A stretch of DNA of 64,000 bases, from NCBI GenBank assembly GCA_964540825.1, contig CAZINT010000001.1:69315-133314 (forward strand). The letters run 5' to 3'. The DNA comes from an uncultured Gammaproteobacteria bacterium. Its GTDB lineage: Bacteria; Patescibacteriota; Patescibacteriia; Magasanikbacterales; GWA2-37-8. A program made the position numbers and the translations under genes. Shown here piece by piece: positions 60,312-64,000 of this stretch. How positions within the stretch are numbered: position 1 is the first letter of the stretch; each line of letters begins with the position of its first letter. A model generated the notes under the pieces. The model had not been told where the DNA came from. It worked only from the letters and a program-made list of their open reading frames with translations, and made no database searches.

Positions 60312-60650
60312 ATGAAATTATTACTTCGTTGGCTCTTTAGCGCCGGCCTCCTGATGCTCATCGCGTACTATTTGCCTGGCGTACATATTTTTAGTTTTTA
60401 TAACGCCCTTATCGCCGCGCTTATTTTAGGCCTGATCAACGCAATTATTCGGCCGATTATTATTCTTTTAACGCTACCCGTAAATGTAATTACACTCGGA
60501 TTATTTAGTTTGGTAATTAATGCGCTCATGTTCTGGCTGGCAGGCAGTATTGTCAAAGGTTTTTATGTTGACGGGTTTACGCCGGCTTTGTTTGGGTCAT
60601 TGATTATGTCTGTGGGCGGCTGGATTTTTAGCAGTTTGTTTAAAGAGTAG
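60312..60650 (+). CDS. Phage_holin_4_2/YvlD-family membrane protein
   Basis: LGLINAIIRP..LTLPVNVITLGLFSLVINA. Confidence 0.88.
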   Translation: MKLLLRWLFSAGLLMLIAYYLPGVHIFSFYNALIAALILGLINAIIRPIIILLTLPVNVITLGLFSLVINALMFWLAGSIVKGFYVDGFTPALFGSLIMSVGGWIFSSLFKE

Positions 60651-60651
60651 T

Positions 60652-60822
60652 GTGAAAAAATATTCCTCGAATCGTGCTCAAAAAGGCAAAACAGCCTATC
60701 GTACACCAAGCCGTTGGCTCGCTGGTCGGCCAGAAGCGTTTAAACGGCGCGATAATACTAAAATTATGCGCGGTATGCAAAAGTCTCATTTTCCACTTGG
60801 TAGTAAAGACACGAATGTTTAG
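60652..60822 (+). CDS. Candidate 56-aa basic microprotein
   Basis: GTG 1 nt after the upstream stop; MKKYSSNRAQKGKTAYRTPSRWLAGRPEAFKRRDNTKIMRGMQKSHFPLGSKDTNV*; fills the gap to pyrH. Confidence 0.4.
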   Translation: MKKYSSNRAQKGKTAYRTPSRWLAGRPEAFKRRDNTKIMRGMQKSHFPLGSKDTNV

Positions 60823-60840
60823 TCTGTAATCTGTACTTCT

Positions 60841-61527
60841 ATGAAACAAAACTATAAAATTGTATCAGTCGGTGGTTCAATTGTTATTCCGCAAACTGGT
60901 TTTGATATTGAATTTTTAAAAAAGTTTAAAGCGTTAATTTTGAAAGAGGTTAAAAAAGGCCAAAAATTTATTTTGGTAATTGGAGGTGGTGGAACGGCGC
61001 GGAGTTATCAGGCAGCTGCTAAAGCAGTGGCCGGATTATCAAATGACAATTTAGATTGGGTTGGTATTTATGCCACACAATTGAATGCTCAGTTTGTGCG
61101 CATGCTTTTTGGGGCGGATGCGCATGCCGAGATTATTACTAATCCAACTAGAAAGTTTATTACAAAAAAATCCATTATTATTGGTGCTGGGTGGAAACCG
61201 GGCTGCTCAACGGATAATGACGCGGTACTCTTGGCTAAAACATTTGGAGCTAAAGAAATAATCAATTTATCCAATATTGATTACGTTTACACAAGCGACC
61301 CGAAAATTAATCCAAGTGCTACGAAGCTTGAAAATATCGGCTGGAAAGAATTGCGCAAGATTATTGGCGACAAATGGACGCCTGGTGCAAACGTACCGTT
61401 TGACCCCACAGCTGCCAAGACTGCGGAGAAGCTAAAATTGAAAGTTTCGTTTGTGAAAGGAACGGATCTGGGTGAAGTCGCTAAAGTAATTCAGGGCAGA
61501 AAATGTTTAGGAACAGTAATTATATAA
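60841..61527 (+). CDS. pyrH: UMP kinase, archaeal type
   Basis: SVGGSIV, IGGGGTARSYQ, DWVGIYAT, GWKPGCSTD, PGANVPFDP. Confidence 0.9.
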   Translation: MKQNYKIVSVGGSIVIPQTGFDIEFLKKFKALILKEVKKGQKFILVIGGGGTARSYQAAAKAVAGLSNDNLDWVGIYATQLNAQFVRMLFGADAHAEIITNPTRKFITKKSIIIGAGWKPGCSTDNDAVLLAKTFGAKEIINLSNIDYVYTSDPKINPSATKLENIGWKELRKIIGDKWTPGANVPFDPTAAKTAEKLKLKVSFVKGTDLGEVAKVIQGRKCLGTVII

Positions 61528-61534
61528 TTTTTAA

Positions 61535-61570
61535 AAAATAACCTGCCATTGGTGATGGCAGGTTATTTTT
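61535..61570. terminator. Bidirectional terminator pyrH/cassette 6
   Basis: AAAATAACCTGCCAT-TGGTG-ATGGCAGGTTATTTTT. Confidence 0.8.
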
Positions 61571-61635
61571 GTACAGGAAGGCGGTAAGGCCTTCCTGGGG
61601 GTTGTGGTTCCGGCTCTGCTTACCCAGAGCACCCG

Positions 61636-62157
61636 CTACTTGTCCTTGATCTTGATGTTCGGCGGCAGACTGGCCTTCGGCAGCTGGGGCTGGTAGCTGC
61701 TGTTCTCGCCGTCCCAGCACGCGATTCTGAAGATCTGCGTTGTGGCGGGTCGCCAGATGATCCCCGTCCAGTAAACGGGGTTATTGCCGCCAGAGTTGAA
61801 GGTGACCTCGAGGGAGAAGTCACCCGCTCGGAGCTGCTTCTCCGTGATCCAGGGGATCGTGGAGAGGGGGATCATCTGGGACTCACCGCTGTCGCTGATG
61901 GTGACGGGCTCCTCGTCCTCGAAGCACCAGCGGCAGGCCTGCGGGCCTTTTCCGTTTCTGCCCGGCTCGACCTTGCACACTAGGCGATCACCCTTCTGAG
62001 GTGTCCGGCTGAGCGGCTGGTCGCCGAGCCAGGGGGAGTACCGGGCGGCGTGGAAGAACACGTCGCCCCCGTTGTTGTCGAGGACGATGAAGCCGTACCG
62101 CTCCTCTGGCTTGAAGAACTTGACGATTCCGCTCTTGGTGTCAGGCTGTCGCTTCAC
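61636..62157 (-). CDS. Cold-shock-domain protein with unknown C-terminal domain (GC-rich cassette 6)
   Basis: AGGAGG 7 nt before GTG; GIVKFF..RYGFI (RNP1), DVFFH (RNP2), KGPQA; promoter TTGACA-17-TATATT at 62289-62261. Confidence 0.8.
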   Translation of the reverse strand: MKRQPDTKSGIVKFFKPEERYGFIVLDNNGGDVFFHAARYSPWLGDQPLSRTPQKGDRLVCKVEPGRNGKGPQACRWCFEDEEPVTISDSGESQMIPLSTIPWITEKQLRAGDFSLEVTFNSGGNNPVYWTGIIWRPATTQIFRIACWDGENSSYQPQLPKASLPPNIKIKDK

Positions 62158-62304
62158 TTTGTTCCCTCCTGAACTTTGTCGGCGCGTTGGCGCCGAGGTT
62201 TGGGTCGCGCTAAACACTGCTACGTGTGTAATGCGACCCAAATCTAGCAGGAAACAGCTGAATATATCATAAAAAAGTACTTTTGTCAATGTGCTGGAGC
62301 CTTG

Positions 62305-62333
62305 TTGACAATTTTTAAAACTTTGGATATACT
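62305..62333 (+). promoter_or_regulatory. rplJL promoter
   Basis: TTGACA-17-TATACT. Confidence 0.8.
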
Positions 62334-62340
62334 TTACTCA

Positions 62341-62392
62341 CCATAGACAGCAGGGCTCTTCAAGCGAAGGGTTAATCATCCTGCCGAGGTAA
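62341..62392 (+). promoter_or_regulatory. L10 leader (autoregulatory RNA)
   Basis: CCATAGACAGCAGG...TTAAT..CCTGCCGAGG matches the L10-leader pattern upstream of rplJ. Confidence 0.75.
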
Positions 62393-62475
62393 TCTATTTG
62401 GCTAATTTTAGCCAATTCCGGTCGAGATTTACCTGTTTTTCAAGTCTGTGGATATCACAGATTTTTTTATTTGGT

Positions 62476-63000
62476 ATGCCAAAATCAAAACAACAGAAAC
62501 ACAATGAAGTCGACGCCCTCCAGAAAGGCCTTGCTGCCGCTAAAGCAGTAGTATTTGCCAATTTTCAGGGTTTAACCGTCGCTCAAAGTGAAGAACTCCG
62601 CAAAAGTGCTCGCGCCGTTGGTGTTGACGTGTTTGCGGCCAAGAAGACGTTAGTCAAACGCGCACTCGAAGGAGCTGGTATCAAAGACATCGGTACTGAT
62701 GCCTTTCAGGGCGGCGTAGCAACGTTCCTGGCTACACAAGACGAAGTATCAGCTGCTAAGGTGGTCAATGACTTTGCTAAAACTCACGAGATTGTAACGA
62801 TCTTCGGTGGTGTATTAGAAAACAAATTCATTACTGCTGCCAGCGTTAAAAGTTTAGCCGCACTCCCAACCAAACAGCAATTACTTGGTCAACTCGTTGG
62901 TACGCTTAACGCTCCAGTTTCTGGATTCGTTAATGTCCTTGCAGGCAACCTTCGTAATTTGGTGGGCGTTTTGAACAATATCAAAAACGCTAAGGCCTAA
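62476..63000 (+). CDS. rplJ: 50S ribosomal protein L10
   Basis: FQGLTVAQSEELR, KKTLVKRAL, LAALPTKQQLLGQLVG. Confidence 0.95.
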   Translation: MPKSKQQKHNEVDALQKGLAAAKAVVFANFQGLTVAQSEELRKSARAVGVDVFAAKKTLVKRALEGAGIKDIGTDAFQGGVATFLATQDEVSAAKVVNDFAKTHEIVTIFGGVLENKFITAASVKSLAALPTKQQLLGQLVGTLNAPVSGFVNVLAGNLRNLVGVLNNIKNAKA

Positions 63001-63036
63001 ATTCATTTACTTACACATTTATTAATTCTTATACAT

Positions 63037-63444
63037 ATGGAAGACAACAAAATGGTAGAAGTACCAGAAAAATTCAAGAGCCTCGTAGAACAAGTTGAAA
63101 AAATGTCTGTTCTCGACCTCGCTGAGCTCGTTAAAGTGCTCGAAGAGAAATTTGGCGTTTCAGCCGCTGCTCCGGCCATGATGATGGCTGCTCCTGCTGC
63201 TGGTGCTGCCGGAGGCGCTGCCGCTGAAGAGAAGACTGAGTTCAACGTTGAGCTTACTGACGCTGGTGCAAACAAAATCAACGTTATCAAGGCTGTGAAA
63301 GAAATCACCGGTCTTGGACTTGCTGATGCTAAAGGCCTCGTAGACGGTGCTCCAAAACTTATTAAAGAAGGTGTTAAGAAAGAAGAAGCTGAAACAATGA
63401 AAAAGAAAATCGAAGAAGCTGGTGGTAAAGTTACCCTCAAATAA
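63037..63444 (+). CDS. rplL: 50S ribosomal protein L7/L12
   Basis: [37 protein letters not shown]. Confidence 0.97.
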   Translation: MEDNKMVEVPEKFKSLVEQVEKMSVLDLAELVKVLEEKFGVSAAAPAMMMAAPAAGAAGGAAAEEKTEFNVELTDAGANKINVIKAVKEITGLGLADAKGLVDGAPKLIKEGVKKEEAETMKKKIEEAGGKVTLK

Positions 63445-63458
63445 GCTCTACAAAAATA

Positions 63459-63492
63459 AAAAAACAGCTCTCGTTTATTGGGAGCTGTTTTT
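63459..63492. terminator. Bidirectional terminator after rplL
   Basis: AAAAACAGCTCTC-GTTTATT-GGGAGCTGTTTTT. Confidence 0.7.
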
Positions 63493-63494
63493 AT

Positions 63495-63998
63495 TTAAAG
63501 CGGAAGAGCAAGCGAATACAAGGTGTTCTGGTCTATAATATACGCGATTTTATTTGCTTCATCGACTATAAGATCGCTTGCTGCGCCAAGATCACTAATA
63601 GGAATTTGTGCTTTGAGCGCGCCATTTTTATCGAAGATAATGAAGCGCTTGTTATCCGGGTCAAGAATATAAAGATACGTAAGATCGGTATAGGTCCAAA
63701 TACGTGCCTTTTTGCCAATGGTTGGCGATAACGCCTGGGCTGTAAAAGTTTGCTGGACGCCGGCGGTTAATTTAATAATTTGCCCGGTATCCTTGAGGGC
63801 AAAAATGTCGCCATCAATAGTGATATCGGTGACTCCTTCAAGGGTGCTGGCAGCGTCTTTGAGCCACGGCCGGCCAATAGCAAAACCGGTTTTGATTGGT
63901 TCGTAGCGATAAATTTGGTGCTTCGTGCCATCAAGGGCATACAAGCGTCCGTTATAGATAACGGTGCTGTCGAGCTTTGTTTGATCGTCGGGAAGGGT
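63495..63998 (-). CDS. Hypothetical protein, C-terminal beta-propeller-like part (runs off the window)
   Basis: Frame is open to the window end; repeated LYALD/IFAL/LYILD/AYIID blade-like motifs. Confidence 0.7.
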   Translation of the reverse strand, partial: TLPDDQTKLDSTVIYNGRLYALDGTKHQIYRYEPIKTGFAIGRPWLKDAASTLEGVTDITIDGDIFALKDTGQIIKLTAGVQQTFTAQALSPTIGKKARIWTYTDLTYLYILDPDNKRFIIFDKNGALKAQIPISDLGAASDLIVDEANKIAYIIDQNTLYSLALPL

Positions 63999-64000
63999 TA

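Noticed and set aside
60312-60650. Prophage suggested by the holin-family gene
   Set aside because: YvlD-type proteins are common chromosomal genes; no phage structural, lysin or integrase genes nearby.

Overview
64 kb of a small-genome bacterial chromosome read with genetic code 11 (TGA is used as stop). Gene content and style point to a Patescibacteria/CPR (Parcubacteria/ABY1-like) genome; this is inference from two uvrA paralogs, a short uvrC, archaeal-type PyrH, GAD-less AspRS, tRNA-Ile(UAU), a pilin-like protein, bactofilin and mostly SD-less starts. Most of the window is housekeeping: NER, ribosomal proteins and translation factors, aminoacyl-tRNA synthetases, lower glycolysis, scpAB, gyrB, xseAB and two tRNAs. 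It also contains an rpmB missing from the ORF track, an L10 leader and a 6S-like ncRNA candidate. The standout signal is six GC-rich genes at five scattered loci (sampled 60-nt lines about 57-68% GC, mostly C/G-ending codons). Each has a sigma70-like promoter, a clear Shine-Dalgarno that most host genes lack, and GC-rich 3' hairpins; four also have 5' hairpins. Four encode lipobox lipoproteins, one a small membrane protein and one a cold-shock-domain protein. No mobility genes or att repeats flank them. They are either repeated single-gene acquisitions from a high-GC donor or, speculatively, transcripts tailored for a high-GC host's translation machinery.
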